From IMG/VR virus record IMGVR_UViG_3300045988_176633: 64,000 bases of DNA; one strand, given 5' to 3'. Positions 26,901-35,587 of the stretch are shown piece after piece. The position numbers and the translations under genes were made by a program. This DNA is from a virus. Positions within the stretch are counted from its first letter, which is position 1, and every line of letters starts with the position of its first letter. The notes beneath the pieces were generated by a model, which saw only the letters and a program-made list of their open reading frames with translations, did not search any database and had not been told where the DNA came from.

Positions 26901-27214
26901 TCATTGTAAATAGTTCCCGGGTCTGCATAAACTCTCACATAAGTAGATGAACCAAGAGCACCTTTTCTTGGACTAACCCCAAAAAGTGCCGCTGATTTAT
27001 CGAGATATTCTCCTGTAGCTGTTTCTGGGAATATCTTTGCTTCTGTGATAGCAATATCTTTGATCGCTTTTTGTGCGACTTTTGCAGTACCAAAAGCCAC
27101 AGCATTTAAGACTGAACCATCAGCTACATTCGTAACTTTATTGGTCTTGTCTAAAAACAGCTCGATCCAAAGATTTTTAAGCGTCGAAATTGTATTACTA
27201 ACTTGCGTTATCAT
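20921..27214 (-). CDS. giant baseplate-J-like / tail fibre fusion protein with about 17 CarboxypepD_reg-like repeats and a Gly-rich C-terminal domain
   Basis: 2097-aa ORF. The N-terminal ~400 aa resemble the baseplate J/gp47 family (VADGSVLNAVAFGTAKVAQKA...FPETATGEYLDKSAALFGVSPRKG). A repeat array follows. The C-terminal 324 aa have poly-Gly runs (AAGGGGGGGGNNIAAGGGGGGGG). Confidence 0.8.
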   Translation of the reverse strand: MITQVSNTISTLKNLWIELFLDKTNKVTNVADGSVLNAVAFGTAKVAQKAIKDIAITEAKIFPETATGEYLDKSAALFGVSPRKGALGSSTYVRVYADPGTIYNETNFFVNQNGIRFSVNESVTVGRSGYAYVSVRSVNQGLVTNVDANSIINVTPAPSGHIECTNEYMATGGRDSEDDETFRIRIMTNLNTLSKGTLEYYTQIFQNIDDRILKVLNVGLGEDGIFYLYLVSQNGILFTQDELETLLEKSKSYFGLFELNLEGNVVGIQLKNAEWFFIGSERGMDFRIEIDPSYDVATVRKNIQVALTKYLDFRFWEAGKIVQWDDLLGIVKNAEGVKYVPDEYFFPYYDQEVPPNQLPRIKGFVMRNLEGIVLYDAGSELSPMFYPAGQEDLFQGLNDSALALRQPVYFTITDEDGNPLSGVRISVGSGSVIIDEDGLATISLVNGNYIYTASKEKYKQQQGQFVVLNAPVYIGIVLELAPFQVSFMVEDQFGVPVVDATISIANQTLTTNVNGEATVLVKNGTYPYTVEKLGFDSNEGSSVVVDNSDVYVPVTLYYHKWVQTIFVKGLNSENFISGVLVEIGSDSYVTDDDGKVQVSLINGSYLAKFSKPGYVDTQALIVVLNQDETRTIEMDLYKYNVTIKVIELVSGKVIPDALITLNNGLVARTNSNGLVVFRLTNGEYTGTITNPIYDDLTINFNIDTSDADFVYQLDFRHYDVFITVVDSKNNPIQDALVSISDQVLVTDEGGKVQIGLQNGTYPYKVEKLGYYDFSGSVLVKDNDVSVVAKMVDYPWSITFSVKDGNTPIQGAVININGQQYSTGQDGLVKLTLINGSYDYTVTKIGYVDVDRTLVVNNSNVSVDVPMVLRPWNVIFSVTSEGVPVEGASITVEGITVETNAGGIAVIGLVNGIHQYEISATEFQTKTGSVTVSNSDTSVQVSLDPVTYPITFVVRDKTTPTPALVQDAVVSAKGQSVLTNASGEAVLQLPKGDFEVSITKQNYISTTTQITVTGIDTINVQIDRIYLLDFTVTGEQGTILSGAKVVVSGEAIVLPAGQSSIELTTNDAGRTPQVQAINGSFHWGASFSDYSTGEGDDTIANANKTVAISLKRGKRAVFTVTDGTDPLQGANILIDNVTNYQTGVDGQVNVSLSAGNHTYKVSLVSYQTITGTVNVKEDETSYVNLTMVHGGLLTLNVKNGVANLSGATVVIKNSSGTTVKSGTTDSNGNISVDVPNGNYTYTTDASGYKQQPGSTTVSSADKTVQVQMQNYKYWGVTFNVKYKTTNLNGASVSISNVKTIGGTSTANGTTNSSGQWILAASAKNDATLNGAVSWTASLSGYRSASGSFNIVNANQTINVTLEKYSTVTLTFVNYAGTALSGISVTMNNQTVTTNASGQAIFSNVIDGTYNWSSAAKSPYQAKSGSVTVNGTNVNQQITLTSQVTVTFIAKDDAGTALSGATVKVAGTSKGTTNSSGQLAVTMQSQSAAYACTVELSGYQTWSGNVTVGLSNQTVNASLQYLVTFTATVKENTTSGANVGSATVKLVNSSLGTFTGTTDSSGVATIPNVKPGSYTYTISKSGYKDTTGSVTVSRSSHSQSATYALLRYYTFVVNVKRAGVNRNGVTVKLDGTSKGTTNSSGNITMSNVLYGSHTIAIDAGTYWKAFSQSYTISSTSTINIALTALYTAQFTISDANGPISGAKITLTGIATGTLTTNSSGAASKAGIAAGTLSYSVSAAGYVTKTGTVTMSGSNDSINTSITLQKAAKLVQITTPLGAEINQQIEPGYTNVDFLIAAGGGGGGGGNNIAAGGGGGGGGIVYIKDHTTSISNLKLVVGNAGAGGAGGSTTTQGYTGNDGYESIVTIEDVVHQAYSGRWGYGASQLNNESRGDGGDGGSVNPSNNNKGCGGGGGGGGSYQESSTPDWGGGGGGGARNNRVNAGSIQGAIGGKGLAHTTGGGKGGVSEGGNLNRGNGTGGDGGSGYTNRSTIDGGNYGTGGSGFGTSTYTVIPDILLPSKGDGGTGGSGTSGSNSSGGGGGGGSFGKGGNGGNGSSTTSDGGNGGLGEYGAGGGGGGRVYNSSYKGGNGGNGGQGIIELYYK
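21766..21839 (-). repeat. near-tandem 35-nt direct duplication (39-nt period) inside the Gly-run coding region
   Basis: TTCCACCTCCTCCGCCTCCACCTCCTGCTGCAATA occurs at 21766..21800 and again at 21805..21839. It encodes IAAGGGGGGGG twice. Confidence 0.85.
21896..21949. repeat. inverted repeat, right arm (IR-R), 54 bp perfect
   Basis: Exact reverse complement of 20002..20055. Codon-aligned in the 2097-aa ORF: 27214-21949 = 5265 = 3 x 1755. Confidence 0.95.
21950..25996 (-). repeat. array of about 17 CarboxypepD_reg-like domain repeats (protein level, approximate bounds)
   Basis: Repeats resemble FSVKDGNTPIQGAVININGQQYSTGQDGLVKLTLINGSYDYTVTKIGY. They run from about aa 407 to aa 1755 and end exactly at IR-R. 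Confidence 0.7.
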
Positions 27215-28007
27215 ATATTAAAAATGATTTAATCCCTTCAATTCGCTCAAGCCAATTTTCGGGAAGTTTATCTCGTTTTTCTAAATTATCTTTGGCCCAT
27301 AAAGGTTGTAAATTTCTGAAATTGAAACAAATACGTTGTTGATTAGGATCTGAAAGATCAAAAGAGGCACAAGGAACAATATGATCAACGTGCCATTCAC
27401 CGTAATTATCCCAACTCATTCCTTCAACAAACTGATTCTCAAGGTGTTTCTTGAGATCCTCAAGAGAGCAACCGATATATTTAATTGTGTGGTGTAATTT
27501 ACGATTTTCTTTTAAAACTCTATACAATCTATTTCGTAAATTTAACTTCAAAATAAAATTAATATCTCGTTCTCTTCTTTTTTCTTTTGAATATTGCAAA
27601 ACATATTTACTGATTTTCTCTTTATTCTTTCGCTGATATTCTTTGTGATATTCTTTTAAATACTCTTGATTTTTTAAATTCCAATTCTTTATTCGAATAA
27701 ACTGAGCCTCTCTGTTGTTTTTATAATATTCTTTGTGTTGTTTTCTTAATCTTTCTTTATTGTTTAAATAATAAAGATGCGACCTTTCTCTCTGTTTATC
27801 TTTATTATTTAAACGTCTCTCCTGTGATTTGACTATAATTTTAACTCTATTCTTCTGATAATAAGAATCACTACTTTCTTTATAACAATCCTTACAACGA
27901 AGACTCAAACCATCAGATTTACACTTACATTTATAAAAGTTATCGAGAGGGAGTTCTCGTTTACAACGAGAACAAACTTTTAGACCGGTTTCAAAATTCG
28001 CTTTCAT
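27198..28007 (-). CDS. HNH homing endonuclease (paralogue of 39755..40525)
   Basis: N-terminal MKANFETGLKVCSRCKRELPLDNF zinc ribbon. C-terminal WHVDHIVPC...NLQPLWAKDNLEKRDK is an H-N-N/H core. Inserted between baseplate genes. Confidence 0.7.
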   Translation of the reverse strand: MKANFETGLKVCSRCKRELPLDNFYKCKCKSDGLSLRCKDCYKESSDSYYQKNRVKIIVKSQERRLNNKDKQRERSHLYYLNNKERLRKQHKEYYKNNREAQFIRIKNWNLKNQEYLKEYHKEYQRKNKEKISKYVLQYSKEKRRERDINFILKLNLRNRLYRVLKENRKLHHTIKYIGCSLEDLKKHLENQFVEGMSWDNYGEWHVDHIVPCASFDLSDPNQQRICFNFRNLQPLWAKDNLEKRDKLPENWLERIEGIKSFLIYDNAS

Positions 28008-28010
28008 AAA

Positions 28011-28919
28011 TTAAATAGGAATGTTGATAATATAACTATTTGCACTAATAGTCGTTGCTCTTATAGATAAAAAGACCGAATCTTGATCTCTCTTTAAATC
28101 CAAGAGCTCAACTGTTTTCCATCTACTATCTCTTTGAAACATATTCATAAGTCCCTTGAAAATAGTAGCATATTGAATGGCGTTCACCGTTGTTCCAATA
28201 AATTCATTGGTTATTCCATAATCTTCAAATTCTGGGTAAGAACCTTTTAAAGAACTTTGAATCAATTCTAAGGCTTGTACCATTGCTTGATCATATTCAA
28301 TCACCTTTAAATCATCGTTTTCAAAGGTAAATGATTTATCTAAATCAACACCAAGAATACTTTTCCCATTTAATACATCAACAACATTATCAACGTAATT
28401 TAACCCCACATTCTGAAGATTAACTGAAAATATAGGAGAAGAAGAATTTGTATACAATTCTTCTGTGATGTATTGAGGTACTGTTATATTTACCCAATCG
28501 TCTTGAGGAGTTATTGCATCGAGATTTGCTGATACATCTTCAAAAGTTTCATCAGATTGAAGTATCTTTTCAACTTTGATCGTGTTAGTTCGAACATAAT
28601 CAAACACACTTCTCATCCATTTAGCTGAACTCCTTATCGTCAAAATCTTTGTTTGAATCTCTGTGAAAGTGTCTAATAATTCCCAGGCATCGAGATCATT
28701 TAAAGAATTTTTGTGCAAAGTAAAAAGAGGTTCTATTTTATTAACCTCTTTAGTTAAACGATCTAAAGCATAGAACGATTCTTGTCTTATACTACCACCT
28801 TGATAGTAATCGACAATATAAGGATATTCTGTTGATACAAAATCAACAAAACTCTGAAAAAATGATTTTATATCATATCCAGTTATATTCTCAAATTTTT
28901 CATACATCGTCTCATTCAT
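28011..28919 (-). CDS. hypothetical protein, probable baseplate component (by position)
   Basis: 302-aa ORF between spike-like and baseplate-J-like genes. 4-nt overlap with the upstream gene. Confidence 0.45.
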   Translation of the reverse strand: MNETMYEKFENITGYDIKSFFQSFVDFVSTEYPYIVDYYQGGSIRQESFYALDRLTKEVNKIEPLFTLHKNSLNDLDAWELLDTFTEIQTKILTIRSSAKWMRSVFDYVRTNTIKVEKILQSDETFEDVSANLDAITPQDDWVNITVPQYITEELYTNSSSPIFSVNLQNVGLNYVDNVVDVLNGKSILGVDLDKSFTFENDDLKVIEYDQAMVQALELIQSSLKGSYPEFEDYGITNEFIGTTVNAIQYATIFKGLMNMFQRDSRWKTVELLDLKRDQDSVFLSIRATTISANSYIINIPI

Positions 28920-29677
28920 AATATTCCTGCAACATATGAAGCTAAATCATTTACACTTTTCTGAATGGTAGAACTAGCTAATTTTTTAACCATCGAACTT
29001 GACCCTGGTGAATTCTTTACAGCTTCTAAAGGAGCTATCACAGTCATATTGATATTATATTCCCAGATCATATTCTTTTGAATATTCATCGAAAACTCAG
29101 CCCCAGATGGAGGTATTGTCACTAAATAATTCTCACCAAAAGCCATATTGTAGAAATACAATCGAAATGGTTTCCCATCATTGTCTACTCCATTACTCTT
29201 TGAAATGATAGCTTTCAATATCCTACTAGCACCGAATCCAGTTTTTACTGAAATATCAAAGTCTGGAGTCTTTAGATTAGAAGATTTTTTCGATCCTATT
29301 TGATACAGATCGTACATACCATTCCTTATGCTAAATGCTACTCCAGATACAGATTCGTTTTCAGATAATAAGATCTTAAAATTTTTCCCAAAATTTCCCC
29401 TGATGTTAATTTCACTTGGAGAATAAATAGGAGAAGTTAATGTCGTGATTCCACCTGCAGTATTCCTAACAGTACTTCGTTTTAATTCAGATTTTCTAAT
29501 GCTGTCTGGCATTATAGGAAAAGTGAAGAAATCAATTGTCCTTCCTTGAGAATCTGTTAACTCTAAAGAACATAAATATATCTCAAAATCGTTAGGATAT
29601 AATGTTGCCAAAGCCGCTCTTCCAAGCGTCCCTACCATCTCAATCGCTTTCTTCTGAATAGTACTTACACTGCTCAT
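28916..29677 (-). CDS. hypothetical protein, probable baseplate component (by position)
   Basis: 253-aa ORF in the baseplate block. Confidence 0.45.
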   Translation of the reverse strand: MSSVSTIQKKAIEMVGTLGRAALATLYPNDFEIYLCSLELTDSQGRTIDFFTFPIMPDSIRKSELKRSTVRNTAGGITTLTSPIYSPSEINIRGNFGKNFKILLSENESVSGVAFSIRNGMYDLYQIGSKKSSNLKTPDFDISVKTGFGASRILKAIISKSNGVDNDGKPFRLYFYNMAFGENYLVTIPPSGAEFSMNIQKNMIWEYNINMTVIAPLEAVKNSPGSSSMVKKLASSTIQKSVNDLASYVAGIL

Positions 29678-29714
29678 AAGTTATATATTTGAATGTAAAT
29701 ATAAGATTTATTCT

Positions 29715-30698
29715 TCAATCTAAAAAACCTATTTGACTTTTTATTGGATTGAAGTCAATTTTCACGATTCCAGATAACGAACCATATGCAGTCGTCATCG
29801 CTGTCCTACCGCCATCCATATTAACTGCTGCTGCAGCACCTGTAGCAAATGCTTGGACTATTTGACTGATTTGAGTTTGAAGTTGATCTATACGAAGAAT
29901 CAAATCTTCTGCTTTTACCATAGATTGACCTCCATTATTTATATTAACTTTTTTATCGGTCTTTAACAAGATGTTTTCAAGATCAATCTTGATTTCTTTA
30001 TTACCACCCTCAGTCTTAATATCTACACCATTTTGATCAAGAACAATAGTCGTATCTTCTTTCGTACTTTGACATTTCCTCGTTAATAGAGCCTTTTCTT
30101 TGTCAAAATAAATCTGATAAACATCGTTTTTATTTTCAACGTCTTTTATTTGTACACTCGCTTCTTTGTAACTTGTAGCATTAATAGACTTATCCGCACT
30201 TACATTAACCGATCCTGAAGAAACTATATTTAATTCATTTTCTTCCGAACCAACACATTTCAGAAAAACTTTACCAGCTTTTGAACTAGTCAGATTAATT
30301 ACCAAAGAATTGTCTTTAGGATTGGCTTGTATCAAGACTTCAGAATCTCCCATAACCTTTCTCACTTGATACATATTTTCTTTCAACATAGAAGAACTGT
30401 TGTCACCTTGTAATACACCAACAACAATTGGTTTATTGTTAAAAGTGCAAGAAATAAAACAAACACAACTACCTTTTTCTTCTATGTTGCTTGGAAAACT
30501 AATTCTCTGCAAAGCATCACTCGTTATATAACAATCGTTAAAAACACCACCTAAATCAGTTATCACTGTCACTCTTTCCCTACGAAAACAAGTATCGATA
30601 TAATTATCACGATCAACACCAGAAGGTATAGCTATATAACCATATCCCACTGAATATGGGGAATCACTTTGTCTTTCTCTACTTACACCGTCAATCAT
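29715..30698 (-). CDS. probable baseplate central spike / gpV-like protein
   Basis: 327-aa ORF two genes downstream of the tape measure, directly after the hub-like 720-aa protein. Has a beta-rich N-terminal half (VVGVLQGDNSS). The call rests mainly on gene order. Confidence 0.4.
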   Translation of the reverse strand: MIDGVSRERQSDSPYSVGYGYIAIPSGVDRDNYIDTCFRRERVTVITDLGGVFNDCYITSDALQRISFPSNIEEKGSCVCFISCTFNNKPIVVGVLQGDNSSSMLKENMYQVRKVMGDSEVLIQANPKDNSLVINLTSSKAGKVFLKCVGSEENELNIVSSGSVNVSADKSINATSYKEASVQIKDVENKNDVYQIYFDKEKALLTRKCQSTKEDTTIVLDQNGVDIKTEGGNKEIKIDLENILLKTDKKVNINNGGQSMVKAEDLILRIDQLQTQISQIVQAFATGAAAAVNMDGGRTAMTTAYGSLSGIVKIDFNPIKSQIGFLD

Positions 30699-32857
30699 TT
30701 GTACATTTTTCTTTTTAAGAAATACTCAAACTGTTCTTTATTAAGAGGAGCAACTCCCAATCCAGAAGTTTTTGTTTGTCCACTTTTAGCTGCATTTTGA
30801 GCAGTTAAAATATCCTCTTTGATTCTTTTTATATCAACAATCTTAAAATAAGAAGCCTTTTGAGAACCTGCGTTTAAATTTATTTCTTCATCTTCTCCTA
30901 CTACACCACTTAGAATAGGGAAGAACATTCCTCGTTCAACTTCAAGAATCGTTTCTCGAGAAATAGAATTTTCTGAGAACGATAAAGAATTTGAAACACC
31001 CGTGACATAAAACAATTCATTCGTATAATTATTTTTGACAAATGAACCTACCTTGATCCTCCTATCTCCATTAATTGTTATAGTACCTCTTCGTGTAAAC
31101 GGCAAATACGCAGTCGTTTCTATAACAAATAAAAGATCGTTCAACATTGTCGCTGCCATACTGTTCAAGTTTGAAGAACCACTAGCACCGTCAAGTGCAT
31201 TTGCAGCGATATAAATATCTTGTATTTCTAACTTTTTATTACCAAAATATTTAGTTATCTCATTTAAATAAATAATTGGTACAAAAGCTAAAGAAGTTGT
31301 ATTATCTTTTCCTGTAATTTGGTCTTGTGGGAAAAGTCTATAAGATGAATAAACTCGATCATCATAACTCAATGAACTTGATATGAAATTACTTGAATCT
31401 ATTTCAATATAAGTTTCACTAACAATAACGTCTTTAATAGCGCTTTCGGTAAAAGGTGGTTGTCTAACTACTATATCCAATGTATCAACATAGGTATCAA
31501 ACAAAACCTCTACAAATGGATCTTGACAAGTCTTAAAAATAAAATCCATTAATGATCCGTCAGGATTAGCAAATGAAGGATCTACGAGGGTTCTTTTTTC
31601 AAGATTATCGTCACAAAAAACTTTGACAATTTGCCAAATACCATTGACTTTTTGAGTTTGTTTGTAACTTTGATCACCTGTTTCTATTTCATAAGAAGTA
31701 GTGCGTCTTTCTTTATAAGCTGAAAAAAGATCGTTTGATACAATACCAATATTAGATAAAAGGTTGATAACAAACCAAAGAGTTTCTCTTATTCCTCGAA
31801 AGCCATAATTAAAGAAGAAATCATAGGTACCAGTTACGATATTTCTCTTGTACCACTCATCCGATTGATCGCCTACATAAAACCATAAGTCTTTATTTCC
31901 TTCTACCCATTTTAATGGAATGAAATAACTACCATCTTCTACAAATAACTTAGTAAAATCCCGACCCATTACAGTGACAAGATAATCGTCGTAAGATGTA
32001 TCAATACTGGTTTGAACTATATCAATTAAACCAATCATATCCCACACATTATAATTCTTATCACTGTTTACAAGGTTTGAAGGTGATATTTCTAGACTAT
32101 CTTCTTCACCTTTTAAACTAGCGCTAGCTTCAAGTGCTAGTTTCTCAAAACGAAGAAAAACTATATCATTTTGAGTTAAATATTTTTCTACAAAATCCTT
32201 GACTTGCTTTTTCTTATTATCCGTAATATTGTAAATCTCATAATAACCACTTGAATTCACTCCAAACGCAGAATCTTGACTTCTAGTAGGTACCATATTA
32301 ATGGTAAAATTGCCAGAAGAACTATTCTTGACAGTATTTAAAGAATTGATAAATGGACTGAAATCAATTATCTTATCAAGTGCTTTTACATATATCCAAA
32401 CCTTTAAAGTTTGTGGTATTACTTTTGAATCTACAATCGAATCAGGATCAGTTTCACTATCAGAAGGTTTATAATTTATACTACCAATCAACTTGGAGTA
32501 ATTTTCACTCCAATAAGATTTAAAATCACCTTGTGACATAAACTGTCCTTGTTTAGAAACTCTTTGAAGTTCTAAAACAATCTTTGGAATAGGAAGGAGA
32601 ACTGTCGTTCCTGCTTTTATATATGGTAAATTTCCGCTGTTGTAGTTGTTCTGATATTCCTGTTTTTCTTCGGCATTGTATTGTGCCCAAATTCTTTCAA
32701 GATTAGAACCTTGATATTTAGGATCTTTAAACTCAAAAAACTCAGTGGGAGTGAGTGGTTGATTCTCTCTTGAAAGTCCTTTTTTCCACTCTTCCAAAAA
32801 AGAATCAACTGATTTATCGTTCTCACCAACACTTACTTCAAATGCCTTATTTATCAT
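30695..32857 (-). CDS. probable tail/baseplate hub protein (gpD-like position) with N-terminal LysM-like segment
   Basis: 720-aa ORF immediately after the tape measure. NLPYIKAGTTVLLPIPK resembles a LysM/gpX motif. Confidence 0.4.
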   Translation of the reverse strand: MINKAFEVSVGENDKSVDSFLEEWKKGLSRENQPLTPTEFFEFKDPKYQGSNLERIWAQYNAEEKQEYQNNYNSGNLPYIKAGTTVLLPIPKIVLELQRVSKQGQFMSQGDFKSYWSENYSKLIGSINYKPSDSETDPDSIVDSKVIPQTLKVWIYVKALDKIIDFSPFINSLNTVKNSSSGNFTINMVPTRSQDSAFGVNSSGYYEIYNITDNKKKQVKDFVEKYLTQNDIVFLRFEKLALEASASLKGEEDSLEISPSNLVNSDKNYNVWDMIGLIDIVQTSIDTSYDDYLVTVMGRDFTKLFVEDGSYFIPLKWVEGNKDLWFYVGDQSDEWYKRNIVTGTYDFFFNYGFRGIRETLWFVINLLSNIGIVSNDLFSAYKERRTTSYEIETGDQSYKQTQKVNGIWQIVKVFCDDNLEKRTLVDPSFANPDGSLMDFIFKTCQDPFVEVLFDTYVDTLDIVVRQPPFTESAIKDVIVSETYIEIDSSNFISSSLSYDDRVYSSYRLFPQDQITGKDNTTSLAFVPIIYLNEITKYFGNKKLEIQDIYIAANALDGASGSSNLNSMAATMLNDLLFVIETTAYLPFTRRGTITINGDRRIKVGSFVKNNYTNELFYVTGVSNSLSFSENSISRETILEVERGMFFPILSGVVGEDEEINLNAGSQKASYFKIVDIKRIKEDILTAQNAAKSGQTKTSGLGVAPLNKEQFEYFLKRKMYK

Positions 32858-35262
32858 TTCCTACTAGACTTTAAAAGTTGTTCTATAATCCTATATATTT
32901 GAAAAGCTGAATTGACTGCAGCACCTCCAGGTAAAGCTCCCATCGAAGTCATCGTTCCCATTTTAACAAATTCTTTTTTCGGATCCCCTGAATCACCAAC
33001 AATTTCTTTGACTGGGTTGAGAATAGCATTGAGAATACTTTTTGCAGTCGCATCAACACTCAACAAACCTTCTAATTTAGAACTGATTTCAGTCAATTTC
33101 TCAAGCGCTTCTCCGCCTTCACCTATCCTTTCGTTTCTTCTTGCAGCATTAGCCGCTTCTATAGTACCAACTGTCCTGCTAGCTATACTTGTATCATATT
33201 GAGCTTCTCCTTCGTTGCCTCTACTAACTTCCGGAGCCAATCTTTGACCTCCTTGTGTTAGAAAATCACCTAAACTAGCTTCTGGTGCTACTTCATTTCG
33301 TCTCTTCGTTAAATCAACGACATCACTATAAGATAAATCTGGAAATATTGATTTTAAAACATTTCGAAGTTGTTCTTCGTTACCAACCATTTCTTCTATC
33401 TTATTCAAGAATGCACGTTGCAATTCTGGATCTTCAGACATCTTTTCAATAGAAGACATCAATTCAGTGAATGTACCAGCTTCAGGATTTACTTCTCTAG
33501 CTACTCTCATTAAAAGAGCTTGTGTAACATCATCTTGAGACACTCTTTGTCCAGATACTGCTGATTGAACTCTTTCTAATTGACGACCCTCAAAACCAGT
33601 ACTAGCTCTAATACTAGCTAACATCGTAGCTATTGAACCAGCATCTACACTACCAGTCTTTTCTAAGACACTTGTAACTGTACGATTGAAAGTATCTAAT
33701 GATTCATCCATTGTAGCAGCTATTTCACTAAATGGAAGTTTCAATTCTTTCATCGTATTTTCAAAAAGACGAATGATAGCAGATGGACTATTTGAAGATG
33801 AACCGTATTCTGTTTCACCTTGCCTAGCAAAACGCATAGAACCTTGTAATTGATTGATCGTTTGATCTGACAATCCATAAGCTCTTGTCACAGCCATTAG
33901 AGAGTTCATCTCTCTTGTATCGTCTTCTTGACCTCCTAAAATTTTTCCTCCTGCAGCACGAAGAAGACTTCCTCTTCGTCCCATATATTCACTAACATCC
34001 ATCCCAAGGTCACTAGCTGCAAAAGAACCTTCTCTATATCCTTGGTTTATCGTTTGTCCTATTGATCTGCCTGAGACTTGTGAATATCCTAAAGAATTTC
34101 GTTCAGCACCTTCTAATGCTTGCAACTCCATCATCCACTTGTTTACAACAAGAGATGAAAGACCTGATACCAATCCACCGACAATTCCACCAACTGCACC
34201 ACCAATCGGTCCAAAAGCATTCCCGATAGAACCAATCGTACCTCCAGCTAAATTACCTAACGCACCAACCATTCCTGCTGTACCTTCGTATTCATTACGT
34301 GCCAATGAATATCTACTCATTGCATCTACAGCACCGTGCATTAATATAGAAGTGGTTCCTGTACCAACTTGAAAACGACTTCTTTCATCTTCTTCTGTCG
34401 GCTGGACTCTAGGAGCTGAAGTTGGACGTGAACCGCTTGGAATTGGAGCTGGAATAGGTGGAGTAGGAGCTGGTCCGTATCTATTTTCATCACGTCCAGT
34501 GTCAGTTGTCTCTCTACCTCCTTCACTTAACATCTGACTTATTCCACCAACAAGTTGAACAAGTTGTCTCAATAAAGTTACATCTTGAGACACAGAAGGT
34601 TTTGTATCAGATTTCTTTTCTTTTTCTTCGTATCTTCTTGAATCCTTTAAAAGGTTTGAAAGTTCAATATTAGATGCTTCCAATCTCTTGATTTCATTTT
34701 CAAGAGATGAATCTATACTACGACCTTCTTCAGTTTCAAGATCTAATGTTTTTCTTGTTTTTTTAAGTTCGATTATATCTTCCTTGTTTTCCGCGATTCT
34801 TTGTTTGTAAAAATTACTGTCACGTAAAGGTGTAGAAGGTTTCTCTGAAACTTCTTCTAACCTATCTAAACGTGCTTTCAAAGTATCGTTTTCTTGATTT
34901 AATCGATTAATCTCATCGGTTAGTTGACGATAATCATCAGTGTCGGGAGTGTATTCGTTTCTTACCTGCTCTAATTGTCTTATATCTCCTTCATTCTCAG
35001 AAATTCTTCTAATAATTGGTTCACGTTGTGACTGGGAGGTTGTAGGAGGTTGTAGGAGGTTTCTTCTTTGATTTAAAAGGTTTATTTGTTTTTGAAGTTC
35101 TTCGTTGTCAGCTATTAAACCTTTTTGATCACTTAATTCAACAGAGGAAGCCGCTCGTGATAATTCATTAATATCACTAGTTAAACCAGTCACCTCTTGC
35201 CTCATTTCTCTTACTGGAGAAGAATCAACGATTATCCGTATTCTCTTGTCTTCCTGGGTCAT
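32854..35262 (-). CDS. tail tape measure protein
   Basis: 802 aa. Coiled-coil-rich N-terminus and a Gly/hydrophobic stretch GMVGALGNLAGGTIGSIGNAFGPIGGAVGGIVGGLVSGL. Lies after the tube and chaperone genes. Confidence 0.8.
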   Translation of the reverse strand: MTQEDKRIRIIVDSSPVREMRQEVTGLTSDINELSRAASSVELSDQKGLIADNEELQKQINLLNQRRNLLQPPTTSQSQREPIIRRISENEGDIRQLEQVRNEYTPDTDDYRQLTDEINRLNQENDTLKARLDRLEEVSEKPSTPLRDSNFYKQRIAENKEDIIELKKTRKTLDLETEEGRSIDSSLENEIKRLEASNIELSNLLKDSRRYEEKEKKSDTKPSVSQDVTLLRQLVQLVGGISQMLSEGGRETTDTGRDENRYGPAPTPPIPAPIPSGSRPTSAPRVQPTEEDERSRFQVGTGTTSILMHGAVDAMSRYSLARNEYEGTAGMVGALGNLAGGTIGSIGNAFGPIGGAVGGIVGGLVSGLSSLVVNKWMMELQALEGAERNSLGYSQVSGRSIGQTINQGYREGSFAASDLGMDVSEYMGRRGSLLRAAGGKILGGQEDDTREMNSLMAVTRAYGLSDQTINQLQGSMRFARQGETEYGSSSNSPSAIIRLFENTMKELKLPFSEIAATMDESLDTFNRTVTSVLEKTGSVDAGSIATMLASIRASTGFEGRQLERVQSAVSGQRVSQDDVTQALLMRVAREVNPEAGTFTELMSSIEKMSEDPELQRAFLNKIEEMVGNEEQLRNVLKSIFPDLSYSDVVDLTKRRNEVAPEASLGDFLTQGGQRLAPEVSRGNEGEAQYDTSIASRTVGTIEAANAARRNERIGEGGEALEKLTEISSKLEGLLSVDATAKSILNAILNPVKEIVGDSGDPKKEFVKMGTMTSMGALPGGAAVNSAFQIYRIIEQLLKSSRK

Positions 35263-35587
35263 TTTCTTTGGATTCTATCATCTTGGCTTGTTCTCTAAAC
35301 CATTCCAAATCATTTTCGAGAATCTCACCGTTCGAACTAGTAGTTTCAATCCCTTTAGATTTAAAAATATCACCAATATTAGGAGTGTAAATTTCCTCTT
35401 CGATATTTTCTTTTTTCTTTATATGAAGGAGATCTTCTTGCAATTCCATTAACTGATGTATAAATGAACACTCTTTATGTTCAGGAGAGAGAAAAGCAAC
35501 CTTGTGCTTTTCTCTCCACCAGAAATCAACAGGAAATTTCTTATTCCATTGAATCATGAACTTTTTTACATCGTTGATATCCATCAC
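35225..35587 (-). CDS. tail assembly chaperone-position protein 2
   Basis: The track start at 35587 is GTG. The ATG at 35584 forms a TGATG overlap with the upstream stop. Lies between tube and tape measure. Confidence 0.5.
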   Translation of the reverse strand: MMDINDVKKFMIQWNKKFPVDFWWREKHKVAFLSPEHKECSFIHQLMELQEDLLHIKKKENIEEEIYTPNIGDIFKSKGIETTSSNGEILENDLEWFREQAKMIESKENDPGRQENTDNR

